The position numbers and the translations under genes are program-made. A stretch of 44,322 nt of DNA, taken from assembly GCA_043717805.1 (NCBI GenBank), contig JAYSWW010000406.1, positions 1 through 44,322 of the forward strand. Direction: 5' to 3'. The notes beneath the pieces are model-generated. The model saw only the letters and a program-made list of their open reading frames with translations. It was not told where the DNA came from and did not search any database. The stretch comes from Ferruginibacter sp. Its GTDB lineage: Bacteria; Bacteroidota; Bacteroidia; Chitinophagales; Chitinophagaceae. This document shows positions 17,260-26,654 of the stretch, piece after piece. The number at the start of each line of letters is the position of its first letter. Within the stretch, counting starts at the first letter, position 1.

Positions 17260-17811
17260 ATGACCGAACTACTGGATGATAAAGAACTGCTGTTTCAATT
17301 CAGAAATGAAACAACCAAGGAAGTTGCATTTACACGCATTATAAAAAAACACCAGGAAAAATTATACTGGCACATCCGCCGAATGGTAGTTGAGCATGAA
17401 GACGCAAACGACGTATTACAAAACATGTTCATAAAAGTATGGAAGAGCCTGGATAATTTCAGGGAAGACAGCCAGCTCTATACCTGGCTTTACCGCATTG
17501 CAACCAATGAAAGCTTAACCTTTCTTCAGCAACAAAAAAAACGTAGTTCAATTTCCCTGAGCGATGATGATAGTACGCTAAGCAATAAGATAAAGGCAGA
17601 TGAGCATTTTGATGCCAATAAACTAGAGTGGAAATTGCAATTAGCCATTCAGAAACTCCCTGAGAAACAACGAACTGTGTTTAATTTGCGTTATTACGAT
17701 GAGATGCCATATGAGGAAATGAGCAGGGTGCTTGAAACCAGTGAGGGAGCCCTGAAGGCAAGTTATCACCACGCAGTAAAAAAAATAGAAGAATATATAC
17801 TAAACCGTTAA
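17260..17811 (+). CDS. ECF RNA polymerase sigma factor
   Basis: Region 2 DANDVLQNMFIKVW...YTWLYRIATN; region 4 LPEKQRTVFNLRYYDEMPYEEMS. Confidence 0.93.
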   Translation: MTELLDDKELLFQFRNETTKEVAFTRIIKKHQEKLYWHIRRMVVEHEDANDVLQNMFIKVWKSLDNFREDSQLYTWLYRIATNESLTFLQQQKKRSSISLSDDDSTLSNKIKADEHFDANKLEWKLQLAIQKLPEKQRTVFNLRYYDEMPYEEMSRVLETSEGALKASYHHAVKKIEEYILNR

Positions 17812-17843
17812 ACCAGGAACACTTAATTAAGTCATAACTATCC

Positions 17844-18578
17844 ATGCTTAAAGATCCTACTATACAAAATGAGTTGATTGAGTTGAATTCCATGCTGGCA
17901 GGTGTTTCCAATACGAATATCTATACTGTACCGGATGGTTATTTTGACATGCTTTCCAATGATATTTTAAGCGTTGTTCAGCAAAAGCCGATCACTTTAT
18001 TGGAAAAAAGTACTGTTCCGGAAGGATATTTTGAAGGGCTGGCAGGGGAAATTATGGGAAAAATAAAAGCCGGGATGGTTGTAGAAGATGAAAGATCGGC
18101 TTTACTTGACGGCCTTAAGCATATAAATGTATATCAGGTTCCCCTGGGATATTTTGATAACCTTGCAGCAGTTATTTTAAATAATTTACCACAACCGGCA
18201 AAAGTTGTTGCAATGAAACAACGTTCATCTTTTTTCAAATATGCTGCAGCTGCCGTTATAACTGGTATCCTGGGTTTAAGTATTATTTCCCTGCTTGATA
18301 AAACAGAAAACGGTGATGAAACAATGCAGCCTTTTACTGTCATGGCCCAGGCGAATGTGATATTAAAAACCAACAGTTTTGACCAGGTACTTTCAACTGT
18401 GAGTGACGATGACATTGTAAATTACCTTCAAAACAACGGTGAGGACGTAAATGCAGCTTTGGTAGCATCTGTTACAGATGATAAGAACCTACCCGACGAG
18501 GTAGAATATTTAACCGACGATCAAACACTGAATAATTTATTGAATGAATTAAAGGTCAATGAATCAACAAAAAATTAA
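17844..18578 (+). CDS. Putative single-pass anti-sigma factor with three VPxGYF(D/E) repeats
   Basis: Follows the ECF sigma; one TM helix (YAAAAVITGILGLSIISLL); acidic C-terminal domain. Confidence 0.7.
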   Translation: MLKDPTIQNELIELNSMLAGVSNTNIYTVPDGYFDMLSNDILSVVQQKPITLLEKSTVPEGYFEGLAGEIMGKIKAGMVVEDERSALLDGLKHINVYQVPLGYFDNLAAVILNNLPQPAKVVAMKQRSSFFKYAAAAVITGILGLSIISLLDKTENGDETMQPFTVMAQANVILKTNSFDQVLSTVSDDDIVNYLQNNGEDVNAALVASVTDDKNLPDEVEYLTDDQTLNNLLNELKVNESTKN

Positions 18579-18587
18579 ATAAAAAAA

Positions 18588-19013
18588 ATGAAACAATTTT
18601 TACTTTTAATAACCATTCTTACAACAGGTTTTTCTTTTTCCTATGCACAGGAAGTTGAAACAGATGCTGCAAAAAGTGAGCAAAAGATCAAAGCTTTATA
18701 TGTTGCTTATATAACACAGCAACTGAATTTAAACGAAGAAGAAGCTCAAAAATTCTGGCCCGTTCACAAGCAATTCGAATCCGATTTAAAGGCTGTTGAC
18801 CAAAATCTCCCTGAATTGCCCAGGCAACAGGCTGCCCTGGATATTAAAAAAAGGTACCAGGAAAGGTTCACCAAGATCCTTGGAAGCAGTAACCGGACTG
18901 ACAGTTTTTTCAGAGTTGACAATGAATTCAGGAGAAAATTAGTTGACAAACTGCGAAATATGAGGCAACAAAATAACAGGCCTCAACGCCCTCCAAGGCG
19001 TAATAACCAGTAA
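18588..19013 (+). CDS. Periplasmic helical protein (Spy/CpxP-like, ECF-associated sensor family)
   Basis: Signal peptide; motif KIKALYVAYITQQLNLNEEEAQKFWP. Confidence 0.7.
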   Translation: MKQFLLLITILTTGFSFSYAQEVETDAAKSEQKIKALYVAYITQQLNLNEEEAQKFWPVHKQFESDLKAVDQNLPELPRQQAALDIKKRYQERFTKILGSSNRTDSFFRVDNEFRRKLVDKLRNMRQQNNRPQRPPRRNNQ

Positions 19014-19021
19014 ATTCCAGG

Positions 19022-19076
19022 AACATATATAAAAAAGATCCCTTCTTTAACCCCGAAGGGATCTTTTTTATATGTT
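19022..19076 (+). terminator. Long intrinsic terminator hairpin
   Basis: TATAAAAAAGATCCCTTC-tttaacccc-GAAGGGATCTTTTTTATA, extendable with one bulge. Confidence 0.85.
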
Positions 19077-19137
19077 TAGGTACCCTAAATACTTTGGAAC
19101 AAGCCATTTAATACTTAGAAAATTATTATAATAAAAC

Positions 19138-19167
19138 TTGCATATAAAAATAATTAATATATTTTTG
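19138..19167 (+). promoter_or_regulatory. Orphan Bacteroidota sigma-A promoter
   Basis: TTG (19138-19140), 19-nt spacer, TATTTTTG (19160-19167); no plus-strand CDS follows. Confidence 0.7.
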
Positions 19168-19171
19168 TGGC

Positions 19172-19229
19172 AGGTGTTTTTCATAGGTTAGCAACGGCCA
19201 GCTCTTTTTAGGGCAGGCCTCCTTTTTTT
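19172..19229 (+). ncRNA. Candidate small regulatory RNA (~58 nt)
   Basis: Consensus promoter upstream; 5' segment AGGTGTTTTTCATAGGTTAGCAAC; GC-rich hairpin GGCCAGCTC-ttttta-GGGCAGGCC then a T7 tract. Confidence 0.55.
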
Positions 19230-19304
19230 ACAACCGATTGTTTTTTTTGAAAATGAAAAAACCATCTGTTTCTCAAAACCATAAACTCCTGATTTTATTA
19301 ATCG

Positions 19305-20048
19305 TTACAAGGAAATGGTCGGCGTTTTAATATCATGATAAAACAGAAAAGTCCAGTTCGCTGATTTTCCTTCTTCCCACCATTTGTTTCTTAACTCCAT
19401 ACTTTTTCTTCCGTCAAAATCATACTTTGCTATAAACCTGTTTTTCAATTGTTGTAATTGAGGCGCAACATCCCCTCCGTAAAATAATATTTCATTGTTT
19501 TCCCTTATCCAGAAAACAGTATGAAAAGGACAGTGTCCACCACACATTTCATAATTAATGATATCATCGATGTTTCCATGATCTTCAAGCAACACAAGTT
19601 TATCTGATGAACTTAACAGGGAAAAATCTGAAGGAATATATGATGTATTGTTCTTTTCAGATGCAAATTCAAATTCCTTTTTATTTACATAATAAGTTGC
19701 ATTGGGGAAACTTAACCCAGTGCTTGATGCATTTACTTTGATATCCTGAATACCGCCTGCATGATCTTTATGCAAATGACTTAGCAATATCTTTGTAACA
19801 GATGCAGGATCGATTTCGTTGTTCATCAAATTCTGATGTATTTGCATCATCCCTTCTTTGGTATGAAATCCCAAACCGGTATCCAATAACAATACATCAT
19901 TGTTTGTAACGATGGCGAATGGCTGTATCTCAACCAACAGACTACCGGCTGTGCGTTGCTGAAGAACATCGGTTGCCTTATCAAATGGAACAAATATTTT
20001 TGTTTTGTCAACCGTAAAACTTCCTTCACTTAGCGGAATTTTTATCAT
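19305..20048 (-). CDS. MBL-fold metallo-hydrolase
   Basis: LLDTGLG, SHLHKDHAGG (HxHxDH), GGHCPFH, GGD, FYHD. Confidence 0.9.
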   Translation of the reverse strand: MIKIPLSEGSFTVDKTKIFVPFDKATDVLQQRTAGSLLVEIQPFAIVTNNDVLLLDTGLGFHTKEGMMQIHQNLMNNEIDPASVTKILLSHLHKDHAGGIQDIKVNASSTGLSFPNATYYVNKKEFEFASEKNNTSYIPSDFSLLSSSDKLVLLEDHGNIDDIINYEMCGGHCPFHTVFWIRENNEILFYGGDVAPQLQQLKNRFIAKYDFDGRKSMELRNKWWEEGKSANWTFLFYHDIKTPTISL

Positions 20049-20228
20049 GCTTACTTACCCCAAAGGGGAAATTTAAACCCTGTTGTAAGAGGGTATTTAT
20101 AAAAGAAATATTTTTTGTTTGTAAAAATACTTTAAAAGAGTCTTGAAAAGGGATTTTTGAAAACACACTGAATTTATGATTAAACTGTTTTTATTGTTTA
20201 GCCTGAAAAGTTTACAGGTAAAAGAAAT

Positions 20229-21578
20229 TCACCTCAATACCATTTGCCTGTCGGCATCAAGTCTTATTAAAATAAAAAGTAAGATGGTAAAAGTTAACAG
20301 GGATGAACCGCCATAACTCATCAGTGGAAGTGTAATGCCGATTACCGGTGCCAGGCCGATCGTCATACAGATATTAATGGCTACGTGAAAAAACAATATA
20401 CCAACTACCGAATATGCATATACCCTGCTGAAAGTACTTCGCTGCCTTTCAGCAATAAATACCATTCTCAACATCATACCAAAATATAAAAGCATCAATA
20501 AAAGTGATCCGACAAAACCAAAATTTTCCCCCACTGATGTGAAAATAAAATCTGTATGTTGTTCCGGAACAAAATCTCCCTGGGTTTGTGTACCTTTTAA
20601 AAAACCCTTTCCAAAAATTCCGCCTGAACCAATTGCGATTTTAGATTGCTTCACATTATAGTTCTCCTTATCTGATTTTGTTTTTTTAGCAACCGCATCA
20701 GGAACCGTTAGCGATGCTGTAGTTTCATCAACAAATGGGTTGTCTCTTCCCACCATGCTGAATATCCTGTCGGCCTGGTATTTTTGAAAAACATGTTTAA
20801 AAATAAAAGGCACAGCAACTCCTACAAACAAAGTAGCTATCAGCCAAAGCCCTGCAATAATCAACAGCAAACTTTTATTTCGCCTTAGTTTTCTTTTTGA
20901 AAAATATATTGTCAATAAAGCAATGACCGATAAAGTAATGATCAGGCTGACCGGCGGAAACAATAAAGTTATCACCAATAAGATGCCCAATGAGGCGCCT
21001 GCGATCAGGTAACCCGGAGGCAACCCTTCCCTGTACATGGGCAATAAAAAAGAGAAATAAACCAATGCAAGCCCTGTTTCATTTTGCAAAATTGAAAATA
21101 CAACCGGTAAAAAAGAGATGCCAGCAGCAATCAGTTGTGACCTGGACTTGCTGAAATCAGTATCATTTCTTGATAAATATTTTGCAAGTGCAAGTGCAGT
21201 GAATATCTTACAAAGTTCAACTGGTTGAAGATTCATGAATCCCAATGGTATCCAGCTCCTGGATCCATTGACATTTTTTCCGACAACAAAAGTAGCCAGC
21301 ATCAATACAATACCAAAAATGTACAACAGGTTTGGAGTAGCAGTAAAAAATTTACTGTCGGTCAATAAAATAAAAGTGGCCAGGATTATGCAAATTCCAA
21401 AGTACAGGAATTGCTTGCTGTAGTTCTTCTTAAATTCAAAAAGGCTCCTGAAAAAATCATCGTTACTTTTAAATTCTACTGAAAATATACAAATCAATCC
21501 AAACATTACAATGATTACATAGAGCCATATCAGCACCCAGTCTTTACCTTTTGATATACTTTTATTTATTTGTGCCAT
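20229..21578 (-). CDS. rodA: Rod shape-determining protein RodA (SEDS)
   Basis: GSRSWI, QPVELCK, AIGSGG, PEQHTDFIF, LPLMSYGGSS; downstream of mrdA. Confidence 0.95.
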   Translation of the reverse strand: MAQINKSISKGKDWVLIWLYVIIVMFGLICIFSVEFKSNDDFFRSLFEFKKNYSKQFLYFGICIILATFILLTDSKFFTATPNLLYIFGIVLMLATFVVGKNVNGSRSWIPLGFMNLQPVELCKIFTALALAKYLSRNDTDFSKSRSQLIAAGISFLPVVFSILQNETGLALVYFSFLLPMYREGLPPGYLIAGASLGILLVITLLFPPVSLIITLSVIALLTIYFSKRKLRRNKSLLLIIAGLWLIATLFVGVAVPFIFKHVFQKYQADRIFSMVGRDNPFVDETTASLTVPDAVAKKTKSDKENYNVKQSKIAIGSGGIFGKGFLKGTQTQGDFVPEQHTDFIFTSVGENFGFVGSLLLMLLYFGMMLRMVFIAERQRSTFSRVYAYSVVGILFFHVAINICMTIGLAPVIGITLPLMSYGGSSLLTFTILLFILIRLDADRQMVLR

Positions 21579-21599
21579 AAATCCCGAAAGGATTTTCAG

Positions 21600-23735
21600 T
21601 TAATTTTTTAATGAATCTTTTTGTGGTTTCTTCTTATCCTCCGGGAGAATGGCAGAAGATTTAATTTTGACAGGATTGCTGTTGCTGTCATTTTTTACAG
21701 GTGCCGCTTTTTGGTCTTCTTTTACTTTTTTAATCTGGTCCAGTGCATCTTCTTCATCGGAAACATCCATACCCATTGTGTCTTTCAATAATTTGATATA
21801 GCCTTTTGCAATAAGGTATGCAGAATCTTTTGCATGCGAAAGCGAATCACGCCTTTGCATCTCTTTATAAATACGCGGTGGTATTAAATTAAGTTTTGAT
21901 AATTGCTCCATCCTTTCCTTTCTGGCCTTCCCAGCAATAGAATCGTTTAAATATTTTTCGATCATCAAACCTACTATCGGTGCAGCATAGGTTCCACCAA
22001 ACCGCCCGCTGTTCTCAACCACACACATGATCGCAATTTTTGGGTTTTCCCTGGGAGCAAATCCGCAAAAGAAAGCGTGGTTGGGTTGCTTTACCAAACC
22101 GATATAATTTTCAACCGTACCTGTTTTACCACATATTGCTATGCCCGGAACTTTTGCTGCAATACCGGTTCCATGGTCTACCACACCCTGCATGCCATCA
22201 TGTACAGCTTCAAAAACACTATCGGGAATATCTATGGCATTGTTTTTCTTTTTAAATTTTTCCAGCAAACCGAATTTATCACCACCTTCAATTGAATCTA
22301 CAAGGTGCGGAATAATATACCATCCTTTATTTGCAATGTATGCCATTTCATTGGCTACCTGAATTGGCGTAACATTTACTTCTCCCTGGCCGATACTTAC
22401 CGAACGGAAATTGCAATAGTTCCATTTTCCCTTTCCATGTACTTTATCATAATAAGCAGGAGTTGGAATATTTCCCGGTTTTTCTGAAGGAACATCAATA
22501 CCCAATTTATGGCCCAGGCCAAAAGCATACATATATTGATCCCATTTAGCCAAGCTACTGTCCTGGTTTGGATATTTTGGATTGGTGATCACTTTCTGCA
22601 TGACTGTGGCAAAATAAGTATTGTCAGAAATTGTGATAGCACTCCGGAGGTCAAATGTGCCACGATCGAGGCATTTCATTGGCCGGCCACTGCCACAGCC
22701 ATAAAATGCCCCTGAACATGTAACCCTGAAACTGGTTTCAATGACCCCTTCATGCAAACCGATAAGAGCCTGCAAAGTTTTAAAGGTAGACCCGGGTGAA
22801 TATGTTGCAGTAACAGACCTATTAAATAATGGCAATGCAGGGTTCAATAACAGATCCGCATAATGTTTTTTTCTTTCTGTACCTGTTAAGAATTTTGGTT
22901 TATAAGTAGGGCTGCTTATCATGGCCAGGATGCCTCCGGTTCTTGGATCAACAGCAACAATCGACCCCAGTTTATTTTCCATGAGTTTTTCACCCAATGC
23001 CTGTAATTCTATGTCAATGGAAGTATACATATTTTGACCGGCAATAGCAATGGTATCATAAATACCTTTCTCCATTCTGTCGGTTAAGCGGTTCTTATTG
23101 TCACGTTTCCAAAATTCAATTCCCCGCTGGCCCATCAATACTTTTTCATAGGTTCTTTCCAGGCCTGTTTTTCCTGCATAATCGCCAATAAGGTATCCTT
23201 CATCTTTGTGGTATTTTAAAAAGTTAGTATCAACTTCTGATAGATATCCTAAGATATTACCACCTGCATCATAAGGATAATCTCTAACCGGGCGTTCCTG
23301 TAAATAATAGCCGGGTGCAAATTTGTATAAGTTTTCATTAAGCTTTGCCATTTTTTCATCGCTTAACAAGGCTTCAAAAACAGATGGCCGGTAACTTTTA
23401 TTTTTGATGATTGCAGTAATGATCCTTTTCCTGAATTCAGCCGTATCAATGCCAAGAATTTTACACAACGCTGTGGTATCGGTTCCTTTGATCTTTGCCG
23501 GAACTACCATGAGGTCATAAATAGTTGTATTCTGCAGTATTGCACGTTGCTTCCTGTCGTAAACGATCCCCCTGTCGGGATATACTACTTTCCTGAAAAT
23601 ACCCTGGTCTTCTGCTAATATTTTGTATTTGCTGGTAATTACCTGTAGTGTAAAGAGGCGGATAATTATAATAAGGAACATGCCTATAAATATCAACCGG
23701 ATTACATTTTTTCTTGATTGGTTAAATACAGACAC
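21600..23735 (-). CDS. mrdA: Penicillin-binding protein 2
   Basis: SxxK (GSTFK), SxN (SDN), KTGT; N-terminal TM; GTG start; in the mre operon. Confidence 0.94.
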   Translation of the reverse strand: MSVFNQSRKNVIRLIFIGMFLIIIIRLFTLQVITSKYKILAEDQGIFRKVVYPDRGIVYDRKQRAILQNTTIYDLMVVPAKIKGTDTTALCKILGIDTAEFRKRIITAIIKNKSYRPSVFEALLSDEKMAKLNENLYKFAPGYYLQERPVRDYPYDAGGNILGYLSEVDTNFLKYHKDEGYLIGDYAGKTGLERTYEKVLMGQRGIEFWKRDNKNRLTDRMEKGIYDTIAIAGQNMYTSIDIELQALGEKLMENKLGSIVAVDPRTGGILAMISSPTYKPKFLTGTERKKHYADLLLNPALPLFNRSVTATYSPGSTFKTLQALIGLHEGVIETSFRVTCSGAFYGCGSGRPMKCLDRGTFDLRSAITISDNTYFATVMQKVITNPKYPNQDSSLAKWDQYMYAFGLGHKLGIDVPSEKPGNIPTPAYYDKVHGKGKWNYCNFRSVSIGQGEVNVTPIQVANEMAYIANKGWYIIPHLVDSIEGGDKFGLLEKFKKKNNAIDIPDSVFEAVHDGMQGVVDHGTGIAAKVPGIAICGKTGTVENYIGLVKQPNHAFFCGFAPRENPKIAIMCVVENSGRFGGTYAAPIVGLMIEKYLNDSIAGKARKERMEQLSKLNLIPPRIYKEMQRRDSLSHAKDSAYLIAKGYIKLLKDTMGMDVSDEEDALDQIKKVKEDQKAAPVKNDSNSNPVKIKSSAILPEDKKKPQKDSLKN

Positions 23736-23831
23736 TTATTTGTTTATTTTTTCAGAAATATAGTTAATAAAGTTAAGAGAACGGGAACCTTACATCTTTC
23801 TGCATTAAAACATTATTTTCCACTTTAACAT

Positions 23832-24365
23832 TTACACAGTATTGGTTCTGAACTTTTGTTTACGGGTAAATATCAATTCGGCAATCAATATTAATAACAA
23901 ACTGATGCCGGTAGATAAAATTGTTTTAACTATAAAATACCAGGCATCTCCGAATTGCCATGCTTCCAGGAAAAAAAGCCAGCCATTGTGTAAAAGGGTT
24001 AATACTCCGGTATAAACCAAATAAGGTAAAAGGCCACCCATGCTTTGAAATGAAGGCTCATCATAATTTGTTTCAGCACCTTCCTGTGGTATAAGTAAAT
24101 TGATCAAAAACGGGCGTACATATGCAACGAGTACACAAGCTGCGGTATGAAATCCGGGATGATGCCGGAAACTATCCAGCGTAAACCCAAGTACCAAAGC
24201 AATGAGCATTAGCAAGGTACGGTTCATTTTAAAAGGCAGCCATAAAATGAAAAGAAAATATAAATAAGGCGTTACCATTTGGTGCAGATGTATCTTATCC
24301 AGTATATAAACCTGGCATAAAATAAACAAGATAAAACGGATAATATTTTTTACGAGGCTACTCAT
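23832..24365 (-). CDS. mreD: Rod shape-determining protein MreD
   Basis: Small polytopic membrane protein between mreC and mrdA. Confidence 0.88.
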   Translation of the reverse strand: MSSLVKNIIRFILFILCQVYILDKIHLHQMVTPYLYFLFILWLPFKMNRTLLMLIALVLGFTLDSFRHHPGFHTAACVLVAYVRPFLINLLIPQEGAETNYDEPSFQSMGGLLPYLVYTGVLTLLHNGWLFFLEAWQFGDAWYFIVKTILSTGISLLLILIAELIFTRKQKFRTNTV

Positions 24366-24374
24366 GACCTGCTA

Positions 24375-25229
24375 TCAATGCTGTTGTTTTAATTTGTCTA
24401 ATACCTGGTTAATGGATTCCTGTTGATTGTTATCAATTGCATAAACATATTGCAGGCTATAAAAATCAGCGGCGGTTTTGAATTTTATCCTGAAATTGTT
24501 TGAGCTGGTCTCAGTATAAACTCCCGAAACGGTTCCGATGATCATTCCTTTCGGAAAGCTTGTGCTGTAACCGCTGGTTATGATGGTATCACCAGCAGCC
24601 ACTTTTGCACTTTTAGGAATGTTCATCAATGTGATGATATTGGGTTCTTTTCCATCCCAGTTCAAAGTTCCGATTTCACCACTTTTTAATAATTTACCGC
24701 TCAGGTGGCTGTCTTTATGTAGCAGGCTCATTACAACTGCATAATCATTTGTTACTTCGGTAATGATTCCCACCACTGCATTGTTTATATCAACAATACC
24801 CATTCCTTCATGCAACTGCTGGTTTTTCCCTCTTGATAAAACAATGTAATTATTTTGAGTAGACACTGCATTTGATACAACCCTGGCACGGAGATAAGTA
24901 AATTTCCGGAATTGATTCAGTGAATCGGTAGAGATCGAATCGATCATTGTTTTTGAAACTGAATCGGGCAGTTCAAAATCTATTTTAAGTTTATTATATA
25001 AAGCTTCGTTTGCTTTTACAAGTGAGTCATTTGTTTTTTTCAGGCGAAAATAATTATCTACCCGGCTGTATTGTTCATTTACTTTTCCGGTAAGCTCGTT
25101 TGAAATATTTCCAAACGCTGCATGATGGTAGTTGCTGTAATGAATGATTAAATAAATACTCAATCCCTGTAAGATCAGGAAAAAAATCAGGTTAAAATAA
25201 AGGCGAATGAACAGAAAGATATTTCGCAA
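24375..25229 (-). CDS. mreC: Rod shape-determining protein MreC
   Basis: N-terminal TM, coiled coil, GDTIITSGYSTSFPKGMIIG; TTG start. Confidence 0.92.
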   Translation of the reverse strand: MRNIFLFIRLYFNLIFFLILQGLSIYLIIHYSNYHHAAFGNISNELTGKVNEQYSRVDNYFRLKKTNDSLVKANEALYNKLKIDFELPDSVSKTMIDSISTDSLNQFRKFTYLRARVVSNAVSTQNNYIVLSRGKNQQLHEGMGIVDINNAVVGIITEVTNDYAVVMSLLHKDSHLSGKLLKSGEIGTLNWDGKEPNIITLMNIPKSAKVAAGDTIITSGYSTSFPKGMIIGTVSGVYTETSSNNFRIKFKTAADFYSLQYVYAIDNNQQESINQVLDKLKQQH

Positions 25230-25240
25230 AGGAGAAGATA

Positions 25241-25365
25241 TATTAAATTTTAAACCTGCCCATCGGCAGATAGGTTTTAAATTTTGAATTAAAGATTTTC
25301 AATTCTTTTGTCAATGTAAAAACTTTTTTGCCAAACTTAAAATCCAACATTCAACATTTAAAATA
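25241..25365. repeat. Intergenic AT-rich heptamer arrays in inverted arrangement, with a short CCTGCC..GGCAG hairpin
   Basis: TTTTAAA TTTTGAA TTAAAGA TTTTCAA versus CTTAAAA TCCAACA TTCAACA TTTAAAA. Confidence 0.4.
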
Positions 25366-25372
25366 AATAGAA

Positions 25373-26398
25373 TTACCTCATAACAAAAGGATACCTGTCA
25401 TAATGTTTTAAAGCAATACCGGTTCCTCTTACCACACTTTTCAGGGGATCATCTGCAACATGCACCGGCAATTTGATCTTTGCAGCCAATCTTTTATCCA
25501 GTCCTCTTAACAATGCTCCACCGCCTGTAATGTATAATCCACGACGGTAAATATCTGATGCAAGTTCGGGTGGAGTGGTTTCCAGTGCTTTCAGAATGGC
25601 TTCTTCTATTTTGAAAATACTTTTGTCCAGAGCTTCTGCCACTTCCTGGTAACTCACCATCACCTGTTTTGGAATGCCGGTAACAAGATCACGGCCATTA
25701 ACGGGAATATCATCGGGCGGATTGTCCAGGTCCTTCATAGCAGCACCAACTTGTATTTTTATTTGTTCGGCCGTACGTTCACCGATCAACAAACTATGGT
25801 AACGTCGCAAAGCTTCCATAATGTCTGCTGTAAATTCATCACCCGCAATACGGATGCTCTGATCACAAACAATACCTGCCAGGGCAATGACAGTGATCCC
25901 GGTTGTTCCACCGCCGATATCAATGATCATATTGCCAACAGGCTCTTCCACATCTATACCGATACCAAGTGCTGCAGCCATTGGTTCATGAATTAAATAA
26001 ACTTCTTTGGCGCCTGCTTGTTCCGCACTGTCTCTAACCGCACGTTTTTCAACTTCAGTGATGCTGCTTGGAATACAGATCATCATTCTCCAGCTTGGTG
26101 CGAACAATGGTTTTTTTGGATAGATCATTTTGATCATTTCCCTGATCATTAGCTCGGCAGCATTAAAGTCTGCTATTACACCATCTCTCAGCGGACGCAC
26201 TGTTCTGATACTTTCATGGGTCTTTTCATGCATCATCAATGCTTTCTTCCCCACGGCCAGTAAATTCTTGGGATTGTTCCTGTCAAGTGCCACAATGGAA
26301 GGTTCATTTACAACAACTTCATCATTGTGGATGATAAGGGTATTTGCAGTACCCAGGTCTATTGCAATTTCTTGCGTAAAAAAATTAAAAATTCCCAT
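25373..26398 (-). CDS. mreB: Rod shape-determining protein MreB
   Basis: IDLGTANT, EPMAAALG, DIGGGTT, TGGGALL. Confidence 0.97.
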   Translation of the reverse strand: MGIFNFFTQEIAIDLGTANTLIIHNDEVVVNEPSIVALDRNNPKNLLAVGKKALMMHEKTHESIRTVRPLRDGVIADFNAAELMIREMIKMIYPKKPLFAPSWRMMICIPSSITEVEKRAVRDSAEQAGAKEVYLIHEPMAAALGIGIDVEEPVGNMIIDIGGGTTGITVIALAGIVCDQSIRIAGDEFTADIMEALRRYHSLLIGERTAEQIKIQVGAAMKDLDNPPDDIPVNGRDLVTGIPKQVMVSYQEVAEALDKSIFKIEEAILKALETTPPELASDIYRRGLYITGGGALLRGLDKRLAAKIKLPVHVADDPLKSVVRGTGIALKHYDRYPFVMR

Positions 26399-26654
26399 AT
26401 TAATTTGTGTAACAACCGAATGTAATCAATGCAGGCAAAGTTGAAGGAAAATATTGGATTTAACAACGGCAAATATTTTTATTTTTAAGTTTTGTGATAG
26501 CTTTTTGTTATACCGGTTTTGTAGCACAAAAAGGGGTACCGAATTTACTAATTAATTTAGTATTATGTTTTGAATAAACGCCTTTCTAAAATCAATTACA
26601 CTATCTCGTTAGTAAACAATCCGGTAAAATGAACTGAAATAATTTCAACTTAAC

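Noticed and set aside
19305-20048. Metallo-beta-lactamase resistance gene
   Set aside because: HxHxDH marks only the fold; there is no signal peptide or mobile context
20056-20070. CCCCAAAGGGG mini-hairpin as a REP element
   Set aside because: Single short copy in the window; insufficient support
21600-21900. Charged C-terminal extension of PBP2 as a novel domain
   Set aside because: Low-complexity tail without motifs; a function cannot be supported from sequence alone
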